Shown: positions 47,149 through 54,963, numbered from the stretch's first letter. The stretch is DNA of 64,000 bases from a virus (IMGVR_UViG_3300031951_000074:27615-91614), one strand, 5' to 3'. A program made the numbers and translations. The notes: generated from the sequence alone by a model not told the origin.

Positions 47149-47511
47149 TTAGCTGATTACTTCTGCTAGATACAGTGCAGCTTTGCCGGTGAGCTTGTCA
47201 AGAATGTCGTCATCGACTTCCTTGCCACGACCACGAATAGCTTCCTTCAGTGCGGCAATGGCTGATTCCTTTGACACACGCTTAGTGCCCTCTGAGGCAG
47301 TTCCGGACTTTTTGGTAGTTGTAGTACCAGTCGCGGCTGCTTCCTTTTTTACATATACTCCTGCTTGAACAAGAATCATACGTACACCGTTTGCACTCTG
47401 CTCATACTCTTGAGCAAGTTCTTGTACAATTTCCAGTGAGTTTTCTGCTGTGGGATTTGCTGCTTGATATGCTTCGATTACGGTTTGCTTTAGTTCTTCA
47501 GTCCATGCCAT
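47149..47511 (-). CDS. T5 D3-like protein
   Basis: 'WT.E.K..VI..Y...PT.E.S.EIV', 'NGVRMIL..AGVYVKK', 'KLTGKAA'. Confidence 0.75.
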   Translation of the reverse strand: MAWTEELKQTVIEAYQAANPTAENSLEIVQELAQEYEQSANGVRMILVQAGVYVKKEAAATGTTTTKKSGTASEGTKRVSKESAIAALKEAIRGRGKEVDDDILDKLTGKAALYLAEVIS

Positions 47512-47523
47512 GATTATTTTCCT

Positions 47524-47790
47524 TTAGTGATGTGTTGTGGTTGATTTGGGATAGCCGTGAGTAATAAGTTCTTCTTCTAACAACTTGTCGTACATTGCTT
47601 CGTAACACAACAGCATTTCATAGAATGTTGCTGTTGGTACGATACTTTGTGGTAGTTCTTCTATTGATAGATTGTTTGTGATTGCTACATTTTCTATTTG
47701 ATCTTTAAATTGTAGTACTCGCTCCAAGTTTTGAAATAACAGCCTGTTATCCCAAAAACGAAACTTTCTTTGCGATTTCGTTACACTCAT
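47524..47790 (-). CDS. Hypothetical protein
   Basis: 88 aa; start uncertain because it overlaps a -10 box. Confidence 0.55.
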   Translation of the reverse strand: MSVTKSQRKFRFWDNRLLFQNLERVLQFKDQIENVAITNNLSIEELPQSIVPTATFYEMLLCYEAMYDKLLEEELITHGYPKSTTTHH

Positions 47791-47817
47791 TATAGATTCT
47801 TTTTACAAGTTATTCAA
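47789..47817 (-). promoter_or_regulatory. Sigma70-type promoter TTGAAT-N17-TATAAT
   Basis: 17-nt spacer. Confidence 0.65.
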
Positions 47818-47830
47818 TATAAAAATTTCT

Positions 47831-47920
47831 CACCATATCTATAACCACAAAGGACTCGAACCTCATTTCTAGAATAGTTCCAAACTACCAGAGCGACTGG
47901 CTGTGGCTATAGATATGGTG
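47831..47920 (-). ncRNA. tRNA-like element with a 19-bp closing stem and no CCA
   Basis: CACCATATCTATAGCCACA/TGTGGTTATAGATATGGTG stem enclosing the T-arm GAGG-TTCGAGT-CCTT. Confidence 0.55.
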
Positions 47921-47990
47921 CCGCATGAGGGATTCGAACTCTCGACCTACCGCTTACAAGGCGGTTGCTCTACCACTGAGCTAAAACGGC
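47916..47990 (-). tRNA. tRNA-Thr(UGU)
   Basis: Cloverleaf; anticodon arm ACCGC-CT TGT AA-GCGGT; CCA encoded. Confidence 0.92.
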
Positions 47991-47994
47991 GGCG

Positions 47995-48104
47995 GCACGA
48001 CAGCCCATCCTGTTTTCGTCGTGCACTGAGGCGGGTTCGCAATTGCGGGGTGTACAGGCCCGCCCAAGACAGCCACCACGTACATTACTGCAGAGGTGGT
48101 TGGC
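47995..48104 (-). ncRNA. Unassigned GC-rich three-hairpin structured RNA
   Basis: Stems GCACGAC/GTCGTGC, GGCGGG/CCCGCC, GCCA(A)CCAC/GTGGTGGC; possible CCTGT/ACAGG pseudoknot. Confidence 0.45.
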
Positions 48105-48189
48105 ATTTTATTAGGGTAGCAAGTGGTACGATAACCGTCGCAAGTGCTTACTCGACGTACATCACATGAGCTACCCTAATAAAATGCCA
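48101..48189. repeat. 20-bp perfect inverted repeat enclosing a structured insert
   Basis: TGGCATTTTATTAGGGTAGC (48101-48120) / GCTACCCTAATAAAATGCCA (48170-48189). Confidence 0.85.
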
Positions 48190-48530
48190 CGTGATTTGAT
48201 AACAAGGACACGTGGCGAAAACCCTGGCTCAGCTAGTTTTTCAGGCTGCTAGAGCAAATACCTCATCGTTGGCATTTATTTTTGTTTTGCTGTTTCGGCC
48301 AGGAAACTCCCAACCCTACGGCTTTCGCATTGCCGAGCTGTCCATTTCGTTACTCATTGCCCCGTCGAAACCAGGTCAGGCCCATCAAAAGCATACTAAG
48401 CGCACACGCAAACTCCTACAACTTCCGTCATCTAAGCTTGAGGCCTTAAGGTGTTAAGTATGCTTTTGGTGGACCTGGGCGGAATCGAACCGCCGTCCGG
48501 AACACTTTTCTCTCTACTTCATACAGCCAT
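48186..48530 (-). ncRNA. ssrA: Circularly permuted (two-piece) tmRNA, tag ANDEVFALAA
   Basis: The acceptor/T-arm end GGACGGCGGTTCGATTCCGCCCAGGTCCACCA (ends 48467) precedes the 5' end GGGCCTGACCTGGTTTCGACGGG (starts 48383); G3.U70; tag frame 48273-48241; outer ends approximate. Confidence 0.9.
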
Positions 48531-48540
48531 ATTTAATTTT

Positions 48541-48813
48541 TCAGATATACTCTGAAAAATTAATCTTCATGCGTTCTGGAACGAACTCACGATAGTTATT
48601 TACCACGTCATATTCTTGGTAAATCTTCATCAGAGCAGTTTGAAACTCCTCCAGTGCTTTGTTGTACGCTGCGGCAAACTGTGCTTGTTCATCAGCCTCC
48701 AGTTCGCTAACATCAATGCAGGCCATTTTGTCAGTTGGATTGTTGAGCACAAGAGCTTCTCGGTTAGAAACCCGGTTATTACGATCCACATATTCAAAGT
48801 CAATGAACTTCAA
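48541..48813 (-). CDS. Hypothetical protein (WYL-like 'FEYVD...S.R' start)
   Basis: 90 aa, GGAG RBS, own promoter. Confidence 0.6.
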   Translation of the reverse strand: MKFIDFEYVDRNNRVSNREALVLNNPTDKMACIDVSELEADEQAQFAAAYNKALEEFQTALMKIYQEYDVVNNYREFVPERMKINFSEYI

Positions 48814-48838
48814 TGCACTCTCCGTTGTTTAAAAATCT

Positions 48839-48867
48839 ATTATAGCCCTATAAACAAAAACATTCAA
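48839..48867 (-). promoter_or_regulatory. Sigma70-type promoter TTGAAT-N17-TATAAT
   Basis: 17-nt spacer; upstream of ORF 48813 and the tmRNA. Confidence 0.72.
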
Positions 48868-48868
48868 A

Positions 48869-49135
48869 TCAATATTTTTGTTCTGTGATTAAACTGACAT
48901 ACAAACGATTCTTAAATTTTTCACTCAATTTTGGAATCAACACACTCCAGATCAAGATTGGAGCTAACACAAGCCCGCCGATCAACAACGAAAAGGTGGC
49001 CATTTTCCAGTTTCGTGCCACCATTGTTTCTGGTTCTGTGACGCGAACTTCTTTAATAACTGGCCAAAAAAGCTCGTACATTGCAGACAGTGATGTTGTG
49101 ATACAGAACAAACAGTAATATCCAAACAGTTCCAT
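48869..49135 (-). CDS. Hypothetical membrane protein
   Basis: Two hydrophobic segments. Confidence 0.55.
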   Translation of the reverse strand: MELFGYYCLFCITTSLSAMYELFWPVIKEVRVTEPETMVARNWKMATFSLLIGGLVLAPILIWSVLIPKLSEKFKNRLYVSLITEQKY

Positions 49136-49518
49136 TATACAAACCTCGCGCGCAAGCCAAGTTGAAACATCGTCTTTGTGTTCAAGTCGGGCTGGGTCTT
49201 TGTTTTGCTGTACGGGCCAGGCATCAACAATGCAGCTGCACTGATCTTTTCGTTGCTGTGAAAGATGTCACGATCTACACTACCCCTAAAAGTCTTGAAC
49301 AGTCGTGCAATTTCAATCTGAGTGTGTGACCACTGTGGAGTCTTTGGAATCTTGCGGCGATAAACGATGTTGTTTACAGCCTTTTCAGCCACTTTATCTT
49401 CTGGAAAACGTTTTAGATGGCGTGCAATCTTTTTCAGTCTGTTAGATTCCCACCGCTTTAGGGTCTTGTAGTTATTTGCTTGGGCTGTCTTGCTGTTACC
49501 GCCGCTCTTATTGCTCAA
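49135..49518 (-). CDS. Basic hypothetical protein
   Basis: 127 aa, GGAG RBS, K/R-rich. Confidence 0.6.
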   Translation of the reverse strand: MSNKSGGNSKTAQANNYKTLKRWESNRLKKIARHLKRFPEDKVAEKAVNNIVYRRKIPKTPQWSHTQIEIARLFKTFRGSVDRDIFHSNEKISAAALLMPGPYSKTKTQPDLNTKTMFQLGLRARFV

Positions 49519-50182
49519 TGTGTTCTCCGATAAAAAATTCTTTTAGTGATGGAAAGTGTTCTGTCAGCTGGTCACGACAGCTAAAAGCAACCTGACGATG
49601 CTCTTTTTGTGTTCCGGCTTCACACCGAAGTTCGCAGTAGTGAATCCAGCTACGCAGTGTGCCGCTCATGTACAACCGGCTCATTGTTAAACCCTCTGGT
49701 AGAATGGCACGGGCTTGTTCTTTTGCAATACCGTTACTAATGGCCCAGTCGTACGTTTGCTTTGCTTTGCGTACTACGTCTTGTTGCAGTTCTTTCCACA
49801 GATCCTGCAGCTCAGCATCGCTGGTTTCAATACTGTTTTGACGGTTTTTGTTGTCTTGTAACCGCGCTTCTTTGAACTCAAAGCCCAATTCGTCTACAAC
49901 AGCATATCGCTGAGAAAACTCCTGAAATGAAAAGCTGCGGTGTCGTAGGATCTGACGTGCAATGTCACGAGTTGTATTGATTTCCATTACAACACTCACC
50001 ATTTCAAATGGTGACCAGTGCTTGTTTTTAGCCAAATATTTTAACAGCTTTGGGGCAGTTGAGGTATTATGTTGGTTGCTTGGATTGCTGACTCGTGCTG
50101 TGTAGGCAACCAAGTCTTCTGCACTAGACAGGTCTAACTCAAGAGGTTTTGTAATACCAATAATTTTGGCAATGTGCATCAA
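49508..50182 (-). CDS. thyX: Flavin-dependent thymidylate synthase
   Basis: 'HWSPFE', 'RQILRHRSFSFQEFSQRY', 'KEQARAILP', 'TQKEH'. Confidence 0.95.
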   Translation of the reverse strand: MMHIAKIIGITKPLELDLSSAEDLVAYTARVSNPSNQHNTSTAPKLLKYLAKNKHWSPFEMVSVVMEINTTRDIARQILRHRSFSFQEFSQRYAVVDELGFEFKEARLQDNKNRQNSIETSDAELQDLWKELQQDVVRKAKQTYDWAISNGIAKEQARAILPEGLTMSRLYMSGTLRSWIHYCELRCEAGTQKEHRQVAFSCRDQLTEHFPSLKEFFIGEHIEQ

Positions 50183-50463
50183 AACTCCGAAGTTGATGGA
50201 GTATCAAAACTGTTTTTTGCTGTTTTTTGTGCGTTGTAGACTTGTTCTACATCAAACATTAAGTCACCCAGTTCTGTTAAAACCTCAACTGGAAGCGGCA
50301 TTACTCGACCACACGTGTCGCGAATAACAAACTCGTCGTTGTCTGTGTATTGGACCTCAAACCAGTAGTGATTTACACCATCACTAAACACTGGAAAATC
50401 GTCGTCTTGTTGTAGGTCGTGGATTTTTGTGTTGATCTTTCCGATATACTTTGATAGATTCAT
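50179..50463 (-). CDS. Hypothetical protein
   Basis: 94 aa acidic ORF. Confidence 0.55.
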   Translation of the reverse strand: MNLSKYIGKINTKIHDLQQDDDFPVFSDGVNHYWFEVQYTDNDEFVIRDTCGRVMPLPVEVLTELGDLMFDVEQVYNAQKTAKNSFDTPSTSEF

Positions 50464-50488
50464 TTTGATTTTGATTTGTGTTGTTGAT

Positions 50489-50563
50489 TGGCGGTCCTGA
50501 CGGGAATCGAACCCGTGTCACCGGCGTGACAGGCCGGCATAATAACCGTTATACTACAGAACC
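50489..50563 (-). tRNA. tRNA-Asp(GUC)
   Basis: CCGGC-CT GTC AC-GCCGG; CCA. Confidence 0.93.
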
Positions 50564-50890
50564 TTTGATTTCGCCATTACTGTAAGCGTGTAGAAACTCT
50601 TTGTTGTATTGCTCAACAGAACACCCTGTTGAGTTTACAACAAACTGCTCCAGTTGAAGGTCTTTAAAGCCGTAGCTCATGCCTTCTAGAATTGCTGCAA
50701 AGATAAAGTAATTGTTCATATTTACTTAGCTAATAGTTTTACTTGAACGCAGGTAGCTTCTTGGTATTTTACTGCTTGCTGCATTCTAACACAGCTGGCT
50801 AGGTCTTCTACTGGAGGCCCAAACACAGTTGGTTTACCACCAGAACTAACTACCAATACCCACACCAGTACAAAAGTTGTCATATTTGTT

Positions 50891-50952
50891 TGGCCCCCAC
50901 TCTTAGATTCGAACTAAGCACGCCAGGCTCTTCAGGCCTGCGCTAAATGGGG
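50891..50952 (-). tRNA. tRNA-Phe(GAA) lacking the D-arm (probable pseudo-tRNA)
   Basis: Acceptor CCCCATT/AGTGGGG, anticodon arm CAGGC-CT GAA GA-GCCTG, T-arm and CCA intact; only TAGCG between the acceptor and anticodon stems. Confidence 0.7.
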
Positions 50953-51224
50953 TTAGTTGATACAAAACCCTCGCCTTCTGCTACAACACACATAAGGTTA
51001 TTGTCTGTTAAAACAAAAGTCCAGGTTTTGGTTGTTTTGTTCAAAAACAAACCGTATACAATCTCCTTTTTTTGTGACATCCAAACTGGAGATTCTTTGT
51101 ACTTGGTTTGTAGTGCGTTAACTACAACGTCGTGCTTGTCGCATTGTAGTTGACTGTTGATTGTGATGGGATCAGCATATGCTAGATTTGCTGATAGTGC
51201 AAGCATTAAAAATGCTTTTTTCAT
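50943..51224 (-). CDS. Secreted hypothetical protein
   Basis: Signal peptide; 'KYKESPVW...TKTWT...C.VAEG'. Confidence 0.6.
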   Translation of the reverse strand: MKKAFLMLALSANLAYADPITINSQLQCDKHDVVVNALQTKYKESPVWMSQKKEIVYGLFLNKTTKTWTFVLTDNNLMCVVAEGEGFVSTNPI

Positions 51225-51233
51225 ATAATCCTT

Positions 51234-51308
51234 TGGTACATCCTGTAAGAATTGAACTCACGACCCTCTCTGTGTAAAAGAGACGCTCTACCACTGAGCT
51301 AAGGATGC
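51234..51308 (-). tRNA. tRNA-Val(UAC)
   Basis: TCTCT-TT TAC AC-AGAGA; CCA. Confidence 0.92.
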
Positions 51309-51309
51309 A

Positions 51310-51388
51310 TGGAGCGGGTAGGGAGAGTCGAACTCCGCGTTCATCAGCTTGGAAGGCTGCTCCTGGCCCCTTCAGGTAGTCTACCCGC
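51310..51388 (-). tRNA. tRNA-Gly(UCC), atypical D-arm
   Basis: GCGGGTA/TACCCGC acceptor, U73, CAGC-CT TCC AA-GCTG. Confidence 0.8.
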
Positions 51389-51478
51389 AGTTTTAGTTTG
51401 ATACTACTACACAACTAACAAAATTGTGTTTTGAAATACCCCATACAATGAAGCTGGGCTTGTGTGGTGTTAGTACAA

Positions 51479-51718
51479 TCACAGTTGATGTACACCAGCA
51501 CTGATGTCTTGATCTTCCAAGTACGCTAGCAGAGTGTCTACTGCTTCGTCGTATTCCATGTTGGACACGTCTGGTACAGTATCCATGTGGAAGTCTTCGT
51601 CTTCCAAGAAGCCCAGAATTGCATCTACACCAGAAGTGCAGTCGTCGTACACTTCGATTTGAACTGTACCGTCAATGTGATGATAAGCTGCAATTACAAA
51701 ACTGTAAAGAGGTTCCAT
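51479..51718 (-). CDS. Acidic hypothetical protein
   Basis: 79 aa, AAGGA RBS, own promoter. Confidence 0.55.
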   Translation of the reverse strand: MEPLYSFVIAAYHHIDGTVQIEVYDDCTSGVDAILGFLEDEDFHMDTVPDVSNMEYDEAVDTLLAYLEDQDISAGVHQL

Positions 51719-51749
51719 TTGTTTGTTCCTTTGTTAGCGTTAAAAGAAT

Positions 51750-51778
51750 ATTTTACTTCAAAAACACATCATACTCAA
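51750..51778 (-). promoter_or_regulatory. Sigma70-type promoter TTGAGT-N17-TAAAAT
   Basis: 17-nt spacer, AAAATTTT upstream. Confidence 0.6.
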
Positions 51779-51792
51779 GATTAAAATTTTAT

Positions 51793-51885
51793 TGGAGGAA
51801 GCGGTGAGACTCGAACTCACACACCTTTTTCAAGGCCTTCTGTTTTCAAGACAGTTGCCGCTAGTCCAACTCGGCTAACGCTTCC
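51793..51885 (-). tRNA. tRNA-Ser(UGA)
   Basis: CTGT-CT TGA AA-ACAG; long variable arm; CCA. Confidence 0.9.
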
Positions 51886-51889
51886 TTTT

Positions 51890-52441
51890 TTATTTATTTG
51901 CTAATGGATTGTCGAGTGCTTTCTTTATTTTTTCATCCATTTCTTTTGACATTTTTCTAAGATCTTGATCAGTTTCACGATCTAGTTTATTCATTTCCAT
52001 TCTTACAGATTTCATTTCTTGATCTACGTCGCGTTGACTTTGTTTTGCACTTCTTTCAACGTTATCTACAACGCCTTCTAATCTGCGAATATCTGTTTTT
52101 AGATCGTTTTTAATGTTGTTTGTGTAGTCTGTGGCTTGGGCTACATTAGTCTCTATGCCATCTAGTTTTTTGTCTAGTACACTTAACTTTTCAGTTATAG
52201 CAGTTAGGTCTGGGGTAACATATTCTGCTATTTTCTTTTTCATGTTTTGATAGTCTTTGTAGACCTCAAAAGCCCCATATAATCCGCCTAAAATACTACT
52301 TGCAAGTGTAAAAGCTACCATTAGTTTAGCTGGCGTAAACTCATATCCGCCAATACTGATTACAGTATCTTTGCTTGCGTATTTTTTGGCCGTTTTTTCA
52401 AGTTGTTCTATTTTTTGATCAAGATCTTTTGTCTCCGCCAT
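51890..52441 (-). CDS. Single-TM coiled-coil protein (ends KALDNPLANK)
   Basis: TM 'LMVAFTLASSILGGLYGAF' followed by a long heptad-rich region. Confidence 0.7.
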   Translation of the reverse strand: MAETKDLDQKIEQLEKTAKKYASKDTVISIGGYEFTPAKLMVAFTLASSILGGLYGAFEVYKDYQNMKKKIAEYVTPDLTAITEKLSVLDKKLDGIETNVAQATDYTNNIKNDLKTDIRRLEGVVDNVERSAKQSQRDVDQEMKSVRMEMNKLDRETDQDLRKMSKEMDEKIKKALDNPLANK

Positions 52442-52443
52442 TA

Positions 52444-53670
52444 TCAATCTCCACGCCTGAACTGTATATCTACTAGTTCCTGCCAGCGGTTTTCTTGTGC
52501 GCCACCTAGTGTTCTTTGTGCGCTTCTGTTGTCGATTGCTCTTTGATTTCTATATACCTCTCGTACTGGATAAAAAGGAATGTCTTTTAAGACCAAAGCA
52601 CTGTAGTTTGAAAAGCCAGTTGGTATAACCTGAAAAGCACTAACCTCTGGTCCGCCTACAATTTCTTGCGGTGAATTAACCGCCAGTGGTTGTTGTTTTT
52701 CTGTTGTTTGAGTAGGTTTAGGTGCAACATTCTGTATTAAAACTACTGGATTTTCTTTTTGTTCTTGTACTACTACTTCTTGCTGAACAACCACTCTAGT
52801 ATTTTCTGTTACCCTGCTTGCTACCACATTTTGTTGCGTTACACGCTGCAGTGCTGTTGGTACGATCTCTGCGGCTTCTACTGCAGTGGTTCTACCACAA
52901 ATCTGTGGATTTGTACTACAATTCTTTTCTAAAAGTGCTCTGGAGTATCCTGAACACTGCGTGCTGTATAATGGATCTAAGTTACATTGTTGAGACAAGT
53001 AGGCAGCATTGTAGTTTTTACAAGAAACATTGTATACTGGGTTAAAGTCGCACTGCTGTAGTGGGTCGTAGTAGTAACTAAAATCTTTTAACTCTGTGTT
53101 ATTTCCGTAGCTTCTAAACCAGTTTTTATATTCATATTTACTTAAGTCACCGCTGTAACCTATTGTAACTGGCTGGCGAGATAACGACACAGAGTTGTAT
53201 CTAAACTCAAAACTGTTGTTATTCCACAACTGTACTTCAAAGCTGTTCTTTCTAACAGGATTGCGATATTCCATCATATCGTACCAACCTATTACTACAT
53301 TGTCGGTCCCCAGTCTTATATAAGGACTTTTGTTGTTAGACACTAAGTCTGTCCAAAGTGGAAACAATGTGTAATTGTACTGAGAATCCAGGTTTTTATT
53401 TAATACCTGTGGCCAATACCCGGGCCTTATGTTTTCATTAAAACTAACAATGCCATTGGTATTTACTGCAACAGTATTAAAGTTTCTGCCGAAAAACTGA
53501 AAACTAAAAGGTAGTGTTATAGGACCACTGGTACCCTCGTCACTTAAGTTGAGCGGCGTTCCTGTTTTTCGTATATCTAATAGTGGATTAGTGCTGTGAA
53601 AAGTCTGACCACTAGAACAACCAACCCATGATCCTAGTAAACAAGCCAGGACTGTTACTTGTTTTTTCAT
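52444..53670 (-). CDS. Secreted protein with a nidogen(NIDO)-like domain and Cys repeats
   Basis: Signal-like N-terminus; 'LPF.F.FFG..F....VNTNG.VSF', 'PLWTDL', 'NSFEVQL'; repeats QC..[ND]P.Y...C..Y. Confidence 0.65.
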   Translation of the reverse strand: MKKQVTVLACLLGSWVGCSSGQTFHSTNPLLDIRKTGTPLNLSDEGTSGPITLPFSFQFFGRNFNTVAVNTNGIVSFNENIRPGYWPQVLNKNLDSQYNYTLFPLWTDLVSNNKSPYIRLGTDNVVIGWYDMMEYRNPVRKNSFEVQLWNNNSFEFRYNSVSLSRQPVTIGYSGDLSKYEYKNWFRSYGNNTELKDFSYYYDPLQQCDFNPVYNVSCKNYNAAYLSQQCNLDPLYSTQCSGYSRALLEKNCSTNPQICGRTTAVEAAEIVPTALQRVTQQNVVASRVTENTRVVVQQEVVVQEQKENPVVLIQNVAPKPTQTTEKQQPLAVNSPQEIVGGPEVSAFQVIPTGFSNYSALVLKDIPFYPVREVYRNQRAIDNRSAQRTLGGAQENRWQELVDIQFRRGD

Positions 53671-54250
53671 TTTGTGTGTCCTTGTTCAAGACTGGTTTTT
53701 GATGTGGATTGTTAGTCCACAAGACCTTGGCTTGGTCTCCTATTTTTCCATCATACGGACAAGGAGTGCCTGCTTCCCACATGGCATCAAACACTCGTCT
53801 GTCTTGACACAACAGTGTAACAGCTGCCACTTTCATTCCCATGTCGAATAGCGTTTTACTCAGCTTTAGTCGTTCACAGTTTAGATCTCGCACAGTACTG
53901 CCACTGCTCAATCCCAATACCTGGGTTTGCATTGCACCGCCTGTTCCTGTAGCGCATAAATCTGGGTTACCGCCACTCATCATGCTTGGCGCAACAGCCG
54001 TTGGCGGAGGCTGGATTATTTTTTGAACAGTATCGTTTTTGTTGGTACTTTCTTGTACAACACTGCTTTGATTTATGTTTGTGTTTGTGCTGGTAGTATT
54101 TCCGTTATTTGTGCTAGTAATAACACTAGTAGTTGTATTTGTAGTATTTGTATTTGTGTCTAACAGACTCTTATTATCGTAGACTGTTTGCCCAAACACA
54201 TAAAAGCTGCTAATGCAAAGCATTGCAGCTACAATTTTTGTCTTTAACAT
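53612..54250 (-). CDS. Secreted Cys-containing protein (PPPTAVAP...NCERLKL...AGTPCP family)
   Basis: AGGAG RBS before ATG 54250; signal peptide; T/N-rich linker. Confidence 0.7.
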   Translation of the reverse strand: MLKTKIVAAMLCISSFYVFGQTVYDNKSLLDTNTNTTNTTTSVITSTNNGNTTSTNTNINQSSVVQESTNKNDTVQKIIQPPPTAVAPSMMSGGNPDLCATGTGGAMQTQVLGLSSGSTVRDLNCERLKLSKTLFDMGMKVAAVTLLCQDRRVFDAMWEAGTPCPYDGKIGDQAKVLWTNNPHQKPVLNKDTQNEKTSNSPGLFTRIMGWLF

Positions 54251-54263
54251 TACTGCTCCTAAT

Positions 54264-54338
54264 TGGGTTCCCATTACGGACTCGAACCGCAACTCCAAGG
54301 TTTTGGAGACCTGGCGACTACCACTATCTTAATGGGAA
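54264..54338 (-). tRNA. tRNA-Trp(CCA), atypical (U1-A72, C73)
   Basis: AGGT-CT CCA AA-ACCT; T-arm TGCGG-TTCGAGT-CCGTA; CCA. Confidence 0.78.
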
Positions 54339-54508
54339 TCAGACAATCAATTCTTCAAATTTGGGAAATACTAAAGTAGTCTTGTGTACCCAAATTGTAA
54401 CACAACGGTCTAGTGTTTTATCGTAATAACAAACTTCGTATGTGTCGTTGTGATGTGACTTTACTTCACAGTCGATTAGCTTGTTGTTGTGGTTGTACTT
54501 AACACTAA

Positions 54509-54655
54509 TCATACAGTTGTCAATACAAACTCTTCTTTTGCTGAACCGCAGTGTGGACAGTTCCAGTACTTGGGTAGTTGTTCCCAGTTCATGCCTGTAT
54601 CTTCTTCGTCGTATAAATACTCACACACTGTACACACCCAATTGTGGTTTTCCAT
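54509..54655 (-). CDS. Rubredoxin
   Basis: 48 aa; CTVC..LYD...W..LP..W.CPHCG..K..F. Confidence 0.88.
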   Translation of the reverse strand: MENHNWVCTVCEYLYDEEDTGMNWEQLPKYWNCPHCGSAKEEFVLTTV

Positions 54656-54672
54656 TTTAAATTCCTTTTTGT

Positions 54673-54750
54673 TGGAACACAGGGTGAGATTCGAACTCAC
54701 GAATCAACGGGTTTGCAATCCGCGCCATTGGACCGCTCTGGTACCTGTGT
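54673..54750 (-). tRNA. tRNA-Cys(GCA)
   Basis: Anticodon loop TT GCA AA; U73; CCA. Confidence 0.88.
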
Positions 54751-54760
54751 ATTAATTATT

Positions 54761-54849
54761 TGGCGGAAGTAGTAGGACTCGAACCTACGCGCCCCTATTA
54801 AGGGCGACAGTTTAGCAAACTGCTGGTTTAACCACTCACCCATACTTCC
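54761..54849 (-). tRNA. tRNA-Ser(GCU)
   Basis: GCAGT-TT GCT AA-ACTGT; long variable arm; G73. Confidence 0.93.
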
Positions 54850-54888
54850 TTAGTAAAAGACTCTTTATAGAACTTTTTACTAAAGAAC

Positions 54889-54963
54889 TGGCTCCCCCGG
54901 GATGGATCGAACATCCGACCAACAAATTAACAGTCTGCTGCTCTACCTCTGAGCTACGAGGGA
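54889..54963 (-). tRNA. tRNA-Asn(GUU)
   Basis: GCAGA-CT GTT AA-TTTGT; CCA. Confidence 0.92.

Noticed and set aside
47991-48110. RNase P or SRP RNA
   Set aside because: Too short for RNase P and lacks its GAGGAAAGUCC and ACAGAA..CGGCUUA cores; no SRP domain IV motif
47903-48457. Plus-strand ORFs 47903-48169 and 48212-48457
   Set aside because: Antisense to tRNA-Thr, the structured RNAs and the tmRNA
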